DNA of 64,000 nt from Lingula anatina (lineage: Eukaryota > Animalia > Brachiopoda): positions 11,718,001 through 11,782,000 of the forward strand of contig CM120641.1 of the NCBI GenBank assembly GCA_051362555.1. Reading direction: 5' to 3'. This document shows, one piece after another, positions 32,701 to 47,700 of the stretch (its first letter is position 1; every line of letters begins with the position of its first letter). Made by a program: the position numbers and the translations under genes. Under the pieces are notes generated by a model, which was not told the DNA's origin, did not search any database, and saw nothing but the letters and a program-made list of their open reading frames with translations.

Positions 32701-35700
32701 CTTTGACGATCTGAGATTATCGATGTCATGAAATACAATTCTGAATTTACTATATCCACAACTGTGTTTACAACGGTTTAACAAAAACCGTTTCAGTTCT
32801 GGCTTTAACACGATGTTTGATTACAACTGCTGGCTTAATGTCATGCCAACCCTTCCACCGCTGAACAAAGAATATCATTCATTGAGCATTTCATTCAGTA
32901 ACCGTCCGTTGGTTTCAATGCTGTCATATTTTAATTTAATCCATGTTGTCCCCTATTATCAGCTGGTTTATCAGTTTGGTCCGTCATTGTTCGCATGTGA
33001 ACGTTAGGTCCATTAATATATCTTTGTAATATGATATGACTTAGTTTAAATCATCAGAGCAATGTACAATTGAATAAAAGAAATACGTAAACCATTTTAG
33101 TCTTATTACTAGTCCTACTAGTGAGTGAAAATGAAGATTCATAAGAATCTGATGTTACACATTCCTAGCCTATTATCTTTTTTGCTATCGTACGATGGTA
33201 AACTTAGGGTCTGTTCAGAAACAAGTTGATCCGCGGACTAACTAAGCCGTTAAGATCAAATATGACGAGACCCACTTGAAAGCATGCCAAGATACAATTG
33301 CTCTGCCCACGCAGGAAGGGCGGGCGTTGGAAGCGGGGAATCCATTGTCAAATGCGCGCCTTATTTGATCATAATAGTCCGCAAATCAGTTAGTCCGTGG
33401 ATCAACTTGGCTCTGAACAACCCCTTATTACTGTTTACTATATATATATTACTATATACTATACTGATTACTTATTGCTATTTAGCAGATCTAGAAGACA
33501 AGGAGTTTTAAATAGGGGATAAACGCTTCTTCATGATATAGAACAGGCAATCTCATATTTTCCGCATAGTGAACGAACCAAATTGTCCAATCTGAAGATA
33601 AATGTTTTCCAACAAATTGTTAAAAAAATAGTGTTTTTAAATATTGGTCTTATTCTTTCAGTTCTGCACACAAAAAGAAGTCGCAGACAAAGCGCTCTAT
33701 CCAACATTTGTAAGAACGAAGCCACAGGATTGGGTGATCTCGAGCTCTGTGACGTCTGTGCTCAAATACTTTAACTGGAAGAAAGTAGCGTTTATCCACA
33801 GAGACCAAGCTGCGTTTGCACATATTGCTAAAACAATCGTTCAGGTGGGTGGGTTATTTTTAATAGGTGTATCTTCTAACATCCTCTTTATTCCCATTTT
33901 GTGTTTATGTTTTTATAACAGAGGGCTGTACGCAAATGGTTTTACCCAGAAGATTATATCTACGTGCCTTCATCTCACCCCCACCCCTTCGCAAAATCTT
34001 GCATCCGGCAGTGAAATGAGGATAAACATTTGACAGGAATTATCATTCACTTGCCAGTATTTAGAAAACTAGAATCAAAATAGCTTTTTCAGATGGGCAA
34101 AAACGTCAACTGGTGAATGAGAGTTTATTTAAATCCATACTTTATTAGGTGCGAAGGAAGATTGAAATAAATATGCCCAATTCAAATTGAAAGATACAAT
34201 CTGTGGTAAACAAGCAATTATCTGACATTAAAGAAGACCGAAATAAACATTCAAGTCTTGATTCATAGTAGAAAAAGCTGTTTTGAAAATGAACCGGTCT
34301 TTGTTTATTAAGTTTGACAGAAAACCAAAATGGGAAATAAAAAAAAGAAAGATAGAAAGAAAAAACGAAATTTGACAAAAAGTCTCAATCCCTATTGTTT
34401 TTTTTTTTTTTTTACATTTTTTCTGACATTTTCTTATATTTTGCATTACAGGCATTGCAATACATTGCATACATTTTTAGATTTTTTTCGTATCCCCATG
34501 CATATATAAGATTTACTTTACCAATATTGGCTGCTAATGATAAACCCAGGTTTCTATGCATGTAACTTGCTACCCCTTTTTACACCCTTAAGGTTCAATA
34601 AATGAAACTTTGGTGAAATCAAAGCATCCCTCTTTTCAAATCATTATTGGGATACATGTACCTCTATTTCTAAGGTGTTGAAGAAGAACGATATAAACAT
34701 CACCATGATCAAGGAATATCACGGCCCAGTGATGAGAGTTGACCCGGGGAGGTCGAATCCACTAAAAACGGTGATCTACGAAACATATCAGGACACCAGA
34801 AGTATGTTGTTTACAACCAGTATTTGTTTATAATTCAATAAAAACGATATTTCCGCTCTAGGCGCACGTAAATAGCATTTTGAACTTTAGTAAATGTACG
34901 CAACTAGTCATATGTTTTTGTGAACATGTGTTATATCATAGACAACTAACGCCATGCACAATTTCACTGTTCATTTGTTCATATTAAATTTTTCCGATGA
35001 GGAAGAGTTTTTCGTTTATGTTTTAAAATTGGCTCTCAGAATGCATTCCAGTGCTTTACAACAAACTACATGTAATTACGGTAACTAGCGAGTGACTGTA
35101 GGGTATCTAACGTTTTTTTTTTTCTTTTTCTCTCGTGGTGATAGAAAAATTATATCATAGATATGTCTTAACCAGATGCAGTATTAACGAGTCCAAAATA
35201 AGTCGTATAGTTAATATCTTTTTTTTAATTCAAAAGTGAAAGGTTAACGTACGTCAACGTCCTTTAAGAAGTTTTTATCGTAATTTTGAAATACTGGGCT
35301 CATTAAATACGTAAGGCCTGAGCAGGATGTCGGTAAATTCTTTTTGATAATACTTAAAATACACCTGTCACTTTTTATGAAAGGTCTTGATGAGATATCC
35401 GCGCTATGCTACATTGTACATGTAAATGTACCGCATTCATGTAGTACACTTACTGCGAACCGTGTATTCACACATGCAGAAGACAGCGCTTGAGCCTGAT
35501 CAGTGTGGTTGTTGAAAAAAATTCAAGAGTTCGGCTGGTCCTCAAAAAAATGAGTTTTTGGCCGCACTACTAATTCTCTTTATAAAATATTACAACCATC
35601 TTTTCATTCGACCCAATGGTGTCTCCACTGATGGAGGGGGAGGGGGTAGTAGTCCCGGTTTGAAGCGTAGTCAAAACTATACATATAGAAGCTGAAATAA

Positions 35701-38700
35701 CGTGATTATTTATTGATATCTCACATATTTTGGTTGAAATATTAATTAATTGTCTTCTTATTAACTCATTACATTTCAGTCTTTGTGATCCTGGGCGACC
35801 CCTTTGAATACCACATTTTCATGAATCTTTTACAAGAACAAGGGATTCTAGATTCCGGAGAGTATTTCGTTGTTGGTGTTTATATTGACGATTTCCAGAT
35901 TAATGATTCGCAAAAGTTTCTCAAAGGTAAATGGGAACACCCTACAATTCTGATGGTGTACGTTCACTGAGTTCTAAATTGCTGAAAGTATTACAAATTA
36001 CATTTCACAAGAGAAAATCCAAAGAATGTACTAGCAAGATTCAAGATAAAATCATTTCAGAACGTTCCAATTTTTCTTACTGATCTTGAGACATCACAAT
36101 CAATCCGTGTCTTCCTCTGTTCCAGATATCTACAATGACAAAAACAAACCGGTTGACGAACAAACGAGGAAGGCATTCCGATCTTTTCTTGGAGTTATCC
36201 AGTCCCCACCAGTGTATCCAGACTATAACAACTTCACCACATTAGTGAACGAGTACGCGGAAAAACCTCCTTTCAACTTCGTCAATATTTTCAAGAACAG
36301 AGGAGTGACACTGATCGTGAGTTTACATTTTTTACAGACGTGCTGAACTATATTGAGAAAAATATATTTTATTTAAAAATGAACACGGTAGTATTTGGTG
36401 GTAAATTGTGACATGAGTGGATATAAGCACATGAGTGGTTAAATGATATATATATATATGCACAAGCTGGTCGCGGCTTATTACCAATTTTTTTCCAGAT
36501 TCCGTCCGAGGCAGCCTATCTATATGATGCTGTGGGTCTGTACGCACGAGCGGCCCACCAGGCCTTATTAAAAGGCCAGGATATCTCGGATGGAGGAGTC
36601 ATCTTTGAGTATATAAAGGGAGCAACCTATAAAAGTAAGGGAGACAAACAACTCGCATACTTATTGTTTAAGAAAAAAAAATATATATATCTGTGCGTAT
36701 ATGTGTGTGTTTGGGTTATACCCATAACCGCCTGCATAAGATGCAAGAGCATTTTAATAAAGTAATTATCTGAACCGTAAGTCAATTAATTTTCTCTTTC
36801 TGTTGGTTTACATTTGAGACACATCTCTGGTGAAACACAGTGCATATTCTATATGAATCGCCTTTGCTCGTTTTTCTCTATTCCTGGAACGCAGATGAAA
36901 AATCGATGTATTCGTGGACTTTACTTTTGGTTTTGTCCTTAGTGTTTCGAATCCGTGTTTGGTTAAATGGAACGCCTACTGTATAAGATAATCATTAAAG
37001 AGATTTCGTTCTCATTGCCCATACTTCAAAGTGATGGATGCCTTTCACGGACGAATTACATTCCTAGAACTACAAGTAAGGCTTGTTTCCGGCTTTGTTA
37101 ATTATCTTTCATTTTGGCAACGTCTTCTGATGTTTTTCGTACCCTTACACTCGTGCCTTCATGTCAAATACCATTCCGAGTATATATAAAAAAAGAGGTT
37201 TGAGCAACGTGACACGCGATTTACTTTCGGTGCTTTATATCCGACAGCAGTCTCCTTTGACTATATTCCATAGCGTGTTTCTTTTCGTTCATTTTTCTTC
37301 GGAACTGGTCATTTTTATTTCTCTTGCTCACCTGTCTGTCAGTGCAATATCTCGCTATCTCTTGTATACGCTATCTCAACAGTGAAAAATTAGTTAATGG
37401 ATTGTCAAACTTATGTAGCTGAATAGGATAGACATTGATCAAAATGAACATATAACTGAATTTAGAAAAAAAAACATTTAACAGTAACGACTAATGTTTT
37501 TTTTTTTTTCAAAAGTGCCTATTATTTGTTTTGTATTCTTCTTTTGAGAAGCATTTCTGTTATATCAGGATTCTGTTTTCTCTCTTCTTCATGTGCCCTA
37601 TATTTCTCTTCTGTAGGTGCTATGGGGTACATGAACCGGATTAATGAGAACGGGGAATGTGAGGGTAACTATTCGGTCCTTGTTATGAGACAAAGACCTC
37701 AAGCCCCAAGCACGATCTCGAACGCCAGCCAGGAAGTCCAATGGGAAATGTGGCCAGCTGGGAACTTTATAATGAACCAAAATTCATCTCTCATTCCGGT
37801 AAGAATTAAATAATGTGTATTGCCATGCACTTGTTGATAATTCTTTTTCACCTGATTGAAAAAAAATTGCTATGGATTGAAGAAAACATGGATAGATGCC
37901 ATTGTATTGGATGCATTGACTTGTACAAGGTGCAAAATTAAAATCTACTTTATGTGAACTTAATTTAGTGAAAATAGGAATCCTAACTGCAATCACATAG
38001 CTTACACCATTGTGGAATTCTTATCAGTGCACTTATTTTTAGACAATGGAACTGTTCTCAAATGACAGTATTCTCTGGGTGTCAGGAAAGCCCCCAGTTG
38101 ACGAACCAAAATGCGGTTTCAGAGGAGAGAAGTGCATCCCTCCGCCATGTAAGTTTCGGTTACATTCCTTTGCGTGCCCTACCGACACCCCCCGCATAAT
38201 TACACCCCTGAACCTTCACTCTCCACGGAATTAAATGCCGTAATATGTACATTATGATCAGTACTTAAGTCTGCCAGTGACATCGTTTTTCCGTGGACGA
38301 AACTGCTTTACGGGAGACGCTATTGTCAACGAGAACAAAATACTACAGTTACTTGACTGCATATTTTCATTACAGCATATACATGGGAAATCGTTTGCGG
38401 GATTGCAGGCGGACTGCTACTACTTATCATTATAATCAGCACGGTTGTGTATAGGTAAGATGTCTATGTTTATTAAATGATGAAATGACTCCAAGCTTCA
38501 AAGAAACGCTCGTTCTATTGACGTTTAAGTCACAAAGGCAGGCAAAAATGAACTAATAAAGAGTCATTAATACTGTAAATATGATAAACGATGATTACGT
38601 GTAACCAAATCATTATGACCAATAAAATCAATGTCGCTTTCGACTAACTGTGGCCTGTTTCACCATACGATCTAAATCGAAAATCGTTCCTACATGTAGT

Positions 38701-41700
38701 ACTAGTACAAACGTTAAAGGATTTAAGATGACCATGTTGCGTTTCATCAAAAACGTTTGGGTGGGGTGGTATATTTTAACATTAGCGACAAAATCCTGAT
38801 AAGTTCGCTTGGCTTGTTTTGAATGTGCAGGCAGTGGGTATTTATTTTAGTGGGTATTTATCTATAAAGCTAAACCTTTATAGAATATTGTGATCTTTTT
38901 GACAATGATTTTTTAATCTTAGTAGTGACAATAACTCATTAAGGTACTTCAACTGCACTTATATAGAATATACGACTTTTAGCAATCTGAGTAAAGTCCA
39001 GAAAATAATAATTTTGTGAACCAGGCCCCTGATGCATTTTCTCCTTCAATAAAGGCTCCTGACAAGTTTTACGTTGTCAAATAATACAGCTGATGAAAAA
39101 ATAAGAGACATGACGCTAGTTTGGCAAGTTTTATGTTTTTAGTCTATAACTTGATAATGATATACAAATAAACGTTAGTTATTTGTATATAATTATCAAG
39201 TTAAGCATAAAGACCAATTTGATGATATAATTATGCACATAGTATCAGTTCATATTCTACGAATATCAGTTGATATATTACAAATATTACAGAAACTGGC
39301 GCTACGAGCAAGAGTTGGCAAGCCTTCTCTGGAAGATTGACTTTAAGGATATTATGTTAAAGGACGGGGCTGCATCCTTACACACGGGCTCCGGCGCCTG
39401 GATGGGGAGCACGATGAATAAGGCAATGCGAACATTGTTTTTTTTTTTTTTCATGTAAAGCCGTTTTATACGCGCCAGAATAAAATTAACCGATTCGATA
39501 TAGAAAAGCAACGGAGTAGTTACATGAAAGAAACAAACAACGTGTAGTTTTTCAGACCGATAGGATTTAACCAATATCAACAATATTATACCGTTCATTC
39601 TAGGTAGGGATATTTTTCGTGCTGTTTCACGTACATGTAGGTTCTTAACACGACCCTGATTAATGGTTGTTTGGTAACGCATATGCCCGCTTATTAAAAG
39701 TAAAAACGTGACAGTGCTCTACATACTAGTCTATCGGCTATCAATCTCGAGTTTCAGAAAATACAGCTACCCAACAGGTTGAGTTCCCTGGTGGCTTTTA
39801 ACTGAGGTCCAGAATGATCAATTAAATTCTTTTTTCTTTTCTGTTTTCTCCAGATGAGTGTGAGTATGCGAGCCAGCAACCTGTCAATAGGCATTTACCC
39901 AGGATTTGACGGTGACACTGATATACGACAAGTCTTTACCAAGATAGGGACGTACAAGGGAAACATTGTAGCCATTAAGAAAGTTCGCAAAAAACATATC
40001 GATCTCACAAGAAATACTCGCAAGGAGCTAAAAGACGTGAGTTCTCTATGCGGTACATCTACAATTGAAATGTAAAAGAATCAAAGCGCTAACCTGCAGT
40101 GCACGTTTTAGTAATTTCTTTAAACTACTGATGAAAAGGAACTACAGACTAGACATTTAATATGGAATATTTTTTTCCAAATCATTTTTCTTTGATTTTT
40201 CCCACTTTTCCGACTCATGAAACAAGGGTTTACATCTTGTATTTATACCTTTTAATAATCTATTCAGTGTAATTGTGACATCAGCTCTTTAACTGAATTC
40301 ACCTATTTGAGCAAACAAAAACACGTGGCTGATTTCAAGTCAAACAACATTAATGAAAAACATTATTTTATTCTCCATTTTTCAAAATTATCATCTGTGA
40401 AAAGGAAATACACTTCACAAAGGACGTTTATATCACGTCCAGTCACAGCAATGATCAGTAGTGCGCCTGGCCTCATCTGGCTGCTACATGTACTAGGGCT
40501 CTGAAGCGACAAGGCATTCTTTCTGGTAGGTTTCTAAGAGTTTGAACTGGAATAATATTCCAGGCATCGATCGGGCCTTGTCCAATTTGGTTCAGATTTG
40601 TTGTAGGACCATTAGGCCGTTGATTTGGCGAGTACTGGCTACCTAAAGACTGTCTTTAGTTTGCAAATCTAGCGATCTTGATGGCCGCGGCAACTGCCCA
40701 GATCCTTGGTTCTTGGTTCCTGTATTTGTTCTGGTCAAGGTTTCTACCAATGGCTACCAATGTGGTTTTGGCACCAACGTGAATTCTGCCCCGCTCTGGG
40801 AGCGACACACGCTTAGACGTAGGCCTATTCTGAATGTCCGTGAACTTTTTTTACCATCATTGCAGAACAGATAAAATATGACCTCATATGGGAAAACAAT
40901 ATGTTTCTAGTGCAGTGCCAAGGAACGTAAATGGTTCTCAACTCATTGTAGAAATGGCCGACGTTCACAGAGGGTCCCTCAGAGGTCACCTGGTATAGTA
41001 ACCTGCTTAAACCAGTCTGACGGTTACAATGGGCCTTGGAAAACTTTTTTGGTGACCATTTACCCCTCATTCTGAGGGGAACTGGTTGTCTTTGTTAATA
41101 TGTAGACGAAAACCGTTAAACAATTGATCCTGTTTTCCGGTGGTAAGTTCTGGATGCCTTGGGCGTGGCCTCTGTGTAGGTACACCAGTCTGAACATACC
41201 CCTGTAAGACTGCGGAACGTTCCTTGCGTCACAATTATCTGTCTAGCAATGCTTCTTTGTTTTGCGCCATTCTGGTGCATATCAACGATGGTCTAACACT
41301 GCTTTGCAACGTAATATAAACTAATTGCATGCAAAATTTCAAAATCATCTGTGCAGCTTTTGTCGAAATATTGATACTTTTGTGACTGAAGCATTCTCTG
41401 CCATAGTCATATTCTGGCCAGCCCAAAGAGCACTACCTAAAGAAATCGCCACATATTACGCAATGCAGCAGTGCTTCAGAGAAGGCAGTCAGTTAATTGT
41501 TACTGACTCACATTTATCTGTTCTCATAATTCACATGGGATACATGTTTTAGAATTAAATAATACATTTTATCATTGACATACCCTTGAAAATAAAACGT
41601 TCCATATTAAATGTCAGTTCTCTTTATGGAACTTTATTTTACCAATGAAGAAACCTGTTCAACGTACAGTGCATTATTGCACTGTTGTTAATTGTAAAGA

Positions 41701-44700
41701 TCCGAAGCCCTAAATGATTTAACATCCAAAGAGCCTATAACAAGAACGCTGACGAGTTGATTGCCTGCGGTATGACAGCAAAATTGAAAAGGTTTCCAGT
41801 TGGGCTATATTTATCTCTTTCAAACATATTGTAACTGCTAAGGTGAGGAAATTTTTATTCTTCCTGTGGTCTTTAGTTATGGTTGAAGTAAAGCTACAGA
41901 CATAACCATTGACCCAGTTATATATAAAATTTTAATTATTCTGGTCCGTTTTCAGATACGTGATATTCGACATGACAACATGACGATGTTCATTGGCGCA
42001 TGCGTAGACCCGCCAAATATCTGCATTATCACGGAGTACTGCCCGAAAGGCAGCTTACAGGTACATCATTCAAATCTGTATCAGCATTTTTAGGACATCT
42101 GTTTTTATTTTTCATATGACCATTTTCAAATATGTAAATCATATATTGTTATCAGTGCGAAATAAAGAACGAAACCATATACTGACAAAAATGAGGAGAG
42201 CAAAAATGTTGAAATGACGTTTTTCGTGTGTAAAGATCAATTAATAGCGTTTAGTATTTGAAAATTTGGGATTATTTTATCTTCTGCAAATTTCTGAGCT
42301 AAAATATCATAACACAAATTGATATAGAAGACTTCCACGTTGATAAAAAAAGATGATGCCATTTGATGAATCCCCGTCTATTGATCGTGGTTACTGATAA
42401 TGTAGGGCATATACTATCAATTAGTTCTTCCTCATTAGAAGCTTTTTCGAACAATGGCGTGGCTGTTTTTAGACACACTTGGGACGGTTGTCATGAGAAC
42501 GGATTACTTTGTATCATGGCGTTCCTATTAGTAAAGGATTCACCTCCTGGGATTAATTGAGAAGACCTATGTTAGAAGTGTGGTGGAGGCAGCTCCCTTG
42601 TCGCTTGTCAAACCATGTATTGGCATGGTGATTCCAGGCCTGTTTGCATCAGATCTAATTTATACAGAAAAACAAGATCTAATCACCGAAGGCAAACTGT
42701 CTGATTGTTATATCAATAATGCATACATGTACCATGGGGCTGATACATGTATCACCCTGCCCGCGGTGACATCAGCGTATTCTATTCAAAATTAGGGGGA
42801 AACATGTACGATTTCCCTTTGCAGTATGATAAATAATGCACTTCTATCCCCTAGCCCGATTAACACTATAGCATGCCAAACGATAGCGGGGTGATTTAAA
42901 AGATTGCACTCCAATTCACGTTAGCCGCCCACCGATCATTAGCACATCACACAGAAATTACATGGGATGGTACGCGAGATGCAGTGGTATTCCAAGTGTT
43001 GCAACCGGGATGTCTGTCTCCATCAATATATTCTGTAGCCAGCGCGATAAAACCCTCCCACACTCCCATAAACACATGCGGCTGCAGTGCAAAACGACGT
43101 AATGTTTGATGTGATCTCTTTAGGGTTTTAGGATTAAGATTATTATTTTTTCTTAATATTCGCCAGAGAAATATCAGTATTCATACACATTTTGGCATAT
43201 TCCTAGTTTCTGTTACCTACAGGTGTGTGTGCAGACGGGAACTATGAACTTGAGCCCGAAACCTTGATTAAAAAAACAAGATGACACTTTATTAGATTTA
43301 AAGATAACACAAATTTAAACATATATAAAAAATAAATAACACTGATGATAATACTGATGACGACGATAGCTTTTTACCATTTCTTTTTATATTATCCCTG
43401 CTTCAGGATATACTGGAGAACGACGACGTGAAGTTAGACAATATGTTCATCGCCTCGCTCGTTAATGACATAATCAAGGTAATGGGAAATGAACAGCGCA
43501 TGGTTTACTGATACGTTTATCACTTGTCGACAGCAGCCGCTTCGTATGTTACGATACAAACGCTAAGTCAAGCGTTACTGCAGTTAATTTAACGCTAGAC
43601 AGGAACAAACCTCTCAATATCTTATATATATATATTTATTGTGGTATGCTAAGGGAAACGCTCGGATCCTCAAATCTAGACCAAAGCAATGTTTAATGTA
43701 ATTTCTCTATAGTCATACCTATAGTCCTTTTAAATCTTATGCATTTTTAAAAGTAATTCATAAATTCCATTTCCTTTTATGTCGATTCGTTATTGAATGG
43801 TTTAGTATTTTTATCGTTTGAACCATGTATCTTTCAATATCTCATTTTCTGAAAAAATATATATAAACGATCACAATATTTCAATACAGGGCATGGTTTA
43901 TTTACACGACTCTGAAATACGTTACCATGGAAACCTGAAATCGTCTAACTGCGTTGTTGACAGCCGATGGGTTTTGAAGATCACGGATTTCGGTTTGCAC
44001 GAGTTTAAAAACGGCGCTAAACACGACCTCGGAGAGCATGCAAAGTACAGGAGTAAGACTTTTTCGCTTGCAAGCGATCTGAAAAGATATAATATGCAAT
44101 AGAACAGATGCTTTAATAAGAGAAAATTATTTTATAAACATAGCAAGTTGCACCAAATTATATCACAAAGTTTTACAGACCGCTGAGCAACAAACAAATT
44201 CAGTAGAAAAGGAACTGTTCTTTTTATAATGGCTTCAATAAACACCTTTATTCAAGAACAGAATATTAATCTAAAATATATCACCTGTTTTTTCGTCAAA
44301 TTCCACCAACATAACAATATTTTTGAAAAAATAATTTTTAGATTTACTATGGCGATCTCCGGAGCTTCTACGCACGCGTAATGTGTGGGGGACACAGAAA
44401 GGAGACGTGTATTCTTTTGCCATAATAATGTATGAAGTACATGGCAGAAACGGGCCGTTTGGAAATTGTACACTGCCCCCAAAATGTAAGTACCACAGGT
44501 ATTGCAGTTCTTTTCTTATCAAGAATACTTTGTCTCTGAAAAGCATGGCAAAAATGATAACGATATCATAAAAATATTTCCAGAAGGTCTTCAGAGGGAA
44601 AGGACATTTTACAGCATGTGCCTCGTACAAAGTCTTGACGCTTTTTTATTATGTTACGTTAATTCTGTATTAAAATACATAAAAATTATTAAAATACAGA

Positions 44701-47700
44701 ATTGCTCACCAACGGCGTTTGCATTTACGAGAACATCACGCATCGCCGTCAGTTTTGTCATAAGTGCACAATACCACAAACAAAAACCACCGAGATTATC
44801 TTCTAAGATGATGTGCAGAAAAATTGGGATTGTACTATTCGGTACGGTTAAGACGACTCCGGCACTGTGCCAATAATACGCTTGCTTAGTAAAATGTCCC
44901 ATTTTCATTAATTCCCAGACATAATTCATCGAGTAATGCAACCGACATCAGATGGGAGCGTCCCCTTCCGTCCTAAACTGAGCGAGCTGGACACGACGCC
45001 AAAGTACATCACGGAGACCATCCAGTTGTGTTGGAGCGAGAATCCAGATGAGAGGCCCGATTTTAAGAGTATTCGTCAACATCTGAAGCCTATGCAACGT
45101 GGAATGTAAGTAGATCCATCAACTACATATTTTTCCGCGGTTTGTGTCAAGGGTGCTGGGGGTATATGATTTATCATAATGTCCAGAATATACATTTGGG
45201 GATTTTTTGGGAAAAAAAACCCTGATGAATATATCGATGCTGTTTTGGTAATTTTATAAATTTTAGTCTTAAAAGTGAAATCTATTTTCATATTTCATAT
45301 TGCACTAAACCAAACTCAAAAGCTGTATATACAGTATATGAAGAGCAATCTGCACATATTAAACCCTCAAAATATAAAGAATATGTTTGATCTTTAAAAT
45401 TATTAGATCTCGTGCATACACAAAGTAGAGGCATATCAATAATGTACATCCACCCATCAAGTTGATCTTGAAACATTCACATTGCTGTACAGTGTGTTGG
45501 AAAATACATGTAACTTAGTTTTATTAAATTAATGCAAAATTTTATCAGAATAATTGCTAAAAATTGGTCAACGTACGTCAAATCATATTTACTCACGTCC
45601 TATTTTCAATACCTATTTTGGCACTTTCTGCCCAGGAAATCTAACATATTTGACAACATGATTGCTATTATGGAGAAGTACGCCACTAACTTGGAGACCA
45701 TTGTTGAAGAGCGCACCGGACAACTGGTGGAGGAGAAAAAGAAAACAGAAGAATTGCTTCATCAGATGCTTCCAAAGTAAGGCTTAAGACGGGCGGGAGG
45801 ACAGACAAAGAAAAAATTCAAGCGATTTGACAGAAAGACAGTAGGGCAAAGACAAAAACTTGCATATCGACGGATAGGCATGTATATTGACAAGTAGAAC
45901 GAGACAAATTGCTGCTAAACCGACGCACCAACTAGTGCACCGGCCAAGTGCATTTTATGTAAATTTAATTTATGTCCACAAACGCATTTGATAAAAAGAA
46001 AAAGCTAGCCAAGAGTATATAGATAAGTATAAACAAAAATGGTATAAATTTATGACAACCGCGAATCGATTACACAGTGTTCGTCGAAAAATGAATCTAA
46101 TCAAAAACATGCGGATTCATTACTTTTAATTTGATGTTACAGATCTGTTGCCGAGCAACTTAAACTTGGCAAGCAGGTGGAGGCTGAAGCCTTTGACATG
46201 GTGACCATATACTTTAGCGACATATGTGACTTCACAGCTTTGTCCTCTCAGAGTACACCTATGCAGGTGAGAAACACAATTACCAATGTCGCACCTAACA
46301 CATCCTTGTTAATCGTACATCAAATCGGCATACTAAACAATATTTTATATTACAGTTGTATTAAGGCAAACATCGCAAAATATTCAAATGAAATTATTAT
46401 GGACCAAAAATGTTCATTTGCTTGGTAATTGAAATGCTTATTGATGTCATCGATTTCGTCTTTCTCCTTTGCTTGATGTCTCTTTTTTGAAAGGTTGTTA
46501 ACCTGTTGAATGACCTTTACACCTTGTTTGACGGTATCATCGGCCACTATGACGTGTACAAGGTGGAAACAATAGGAGACGCCTACATGGTGGTCAGCGG
46601 CCTTCCAAAGACAAACGGTATAAACCACGCTGGGGAGATCGCATCTCTGTCGCTAGCGCTGCTGGACGCTATTTTGAAGTTTCAGATACGGCACCGCCCA
46701 GATCATACGCTCATGCTAAGGATAGGCATACATTCAGGTAAAACGCCCGTCCTCATAGTAAAGTTTTAAAAATTTTGTTGTAGACAGTTTTAAAGCGATG
46801 AAAAGGCATTTTAGTAAGTAAGGTATTTTAAATTTATCAGACAGTTATGTATAGGGGAGTTTTCTTATTCTGACTCAGTTAAAAGAAATAAAAAATAAAA
46901 CGCAATGTTATTTACCTTTAAAGTCATTGTTATGTTAGTAAGATATGATATCTAAAAATATGCAATTTTGATGGGGATAATCAGCCTAATATAAGGCTGT
47001 CTGCACTGTGTGACGTCATACGAGATTAGAAAACGTGCGAAAATCCGCTTGTGATCAGGGTTAATGTTTAAATGACAAAGTAAAACTATGCACTCGTGAC
47101 ATGTACGAGAGAGTCCCCCATGACAGAGAGTCCTTTTTTTAATAACGAGCCCTGGATTCAGTGCATATCAATGCTAAGCTCTACAAAATGTCTTTGATAT
47201 AAAACGATGGAACACATACTTTATTCTTAATATATGGAGGTGAATTGAAGGCTTGTTATTTTAATTTTATTAAACAATACACAAGTTTAAATTGTACACG
47301 TGTATATCTTTTCTCTAAATGGAATCAACCTAAAGAAAATGTATTCTGCGTTCCTAAGCAATAAAATTGCATGCTGATCGCGAAATCTCTACTGTAATCA
47401 TGTATTTCCAGTCGATATATCCATATTTGAAATACTAATAAATACTAAGAATCGCTGCAGGTTATTACAAAGTAAGTATAATATACCTGTCGTGATTTCT
47501 TCCGTTATGGCTTTAAAGCGAAAGAATGTATGATACAAATGTCGGTAAAAAAAAAAATTGCGTGGGATATGGTAAATAAGGAAAGGAGAAGGAATATTGG
47601 AGGGGAATCTTGGAAAGAGATGAGAAAAACAAATTTTGTTACAAAAGCTGCACGATAAAGATTATACATTTCAAGTGTAGATTATTCAATCAGCTACATG

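Noticed and set aside
41150-41210. [10 protein letters not shown] peptide resembling a Gypsy integrase zinc finger
   Set aside because: Another frame of the same DNA fits an ordered series of Tc1 motifs much better, and there is no downstream CxxC.
43890-44052. Kinase-like domain lacking the catalytic HRD aspartate (HGN)
   Set aside because: This is normal for the kinase-homology domain of receptor guanylyl cyclases.
44502-44941. Overlapping 124-aa and 95-aa ORFs in guanylyl cyclase intron 15
   Set aside because: No recognisable motifs; the flanking exons join in phase without them.
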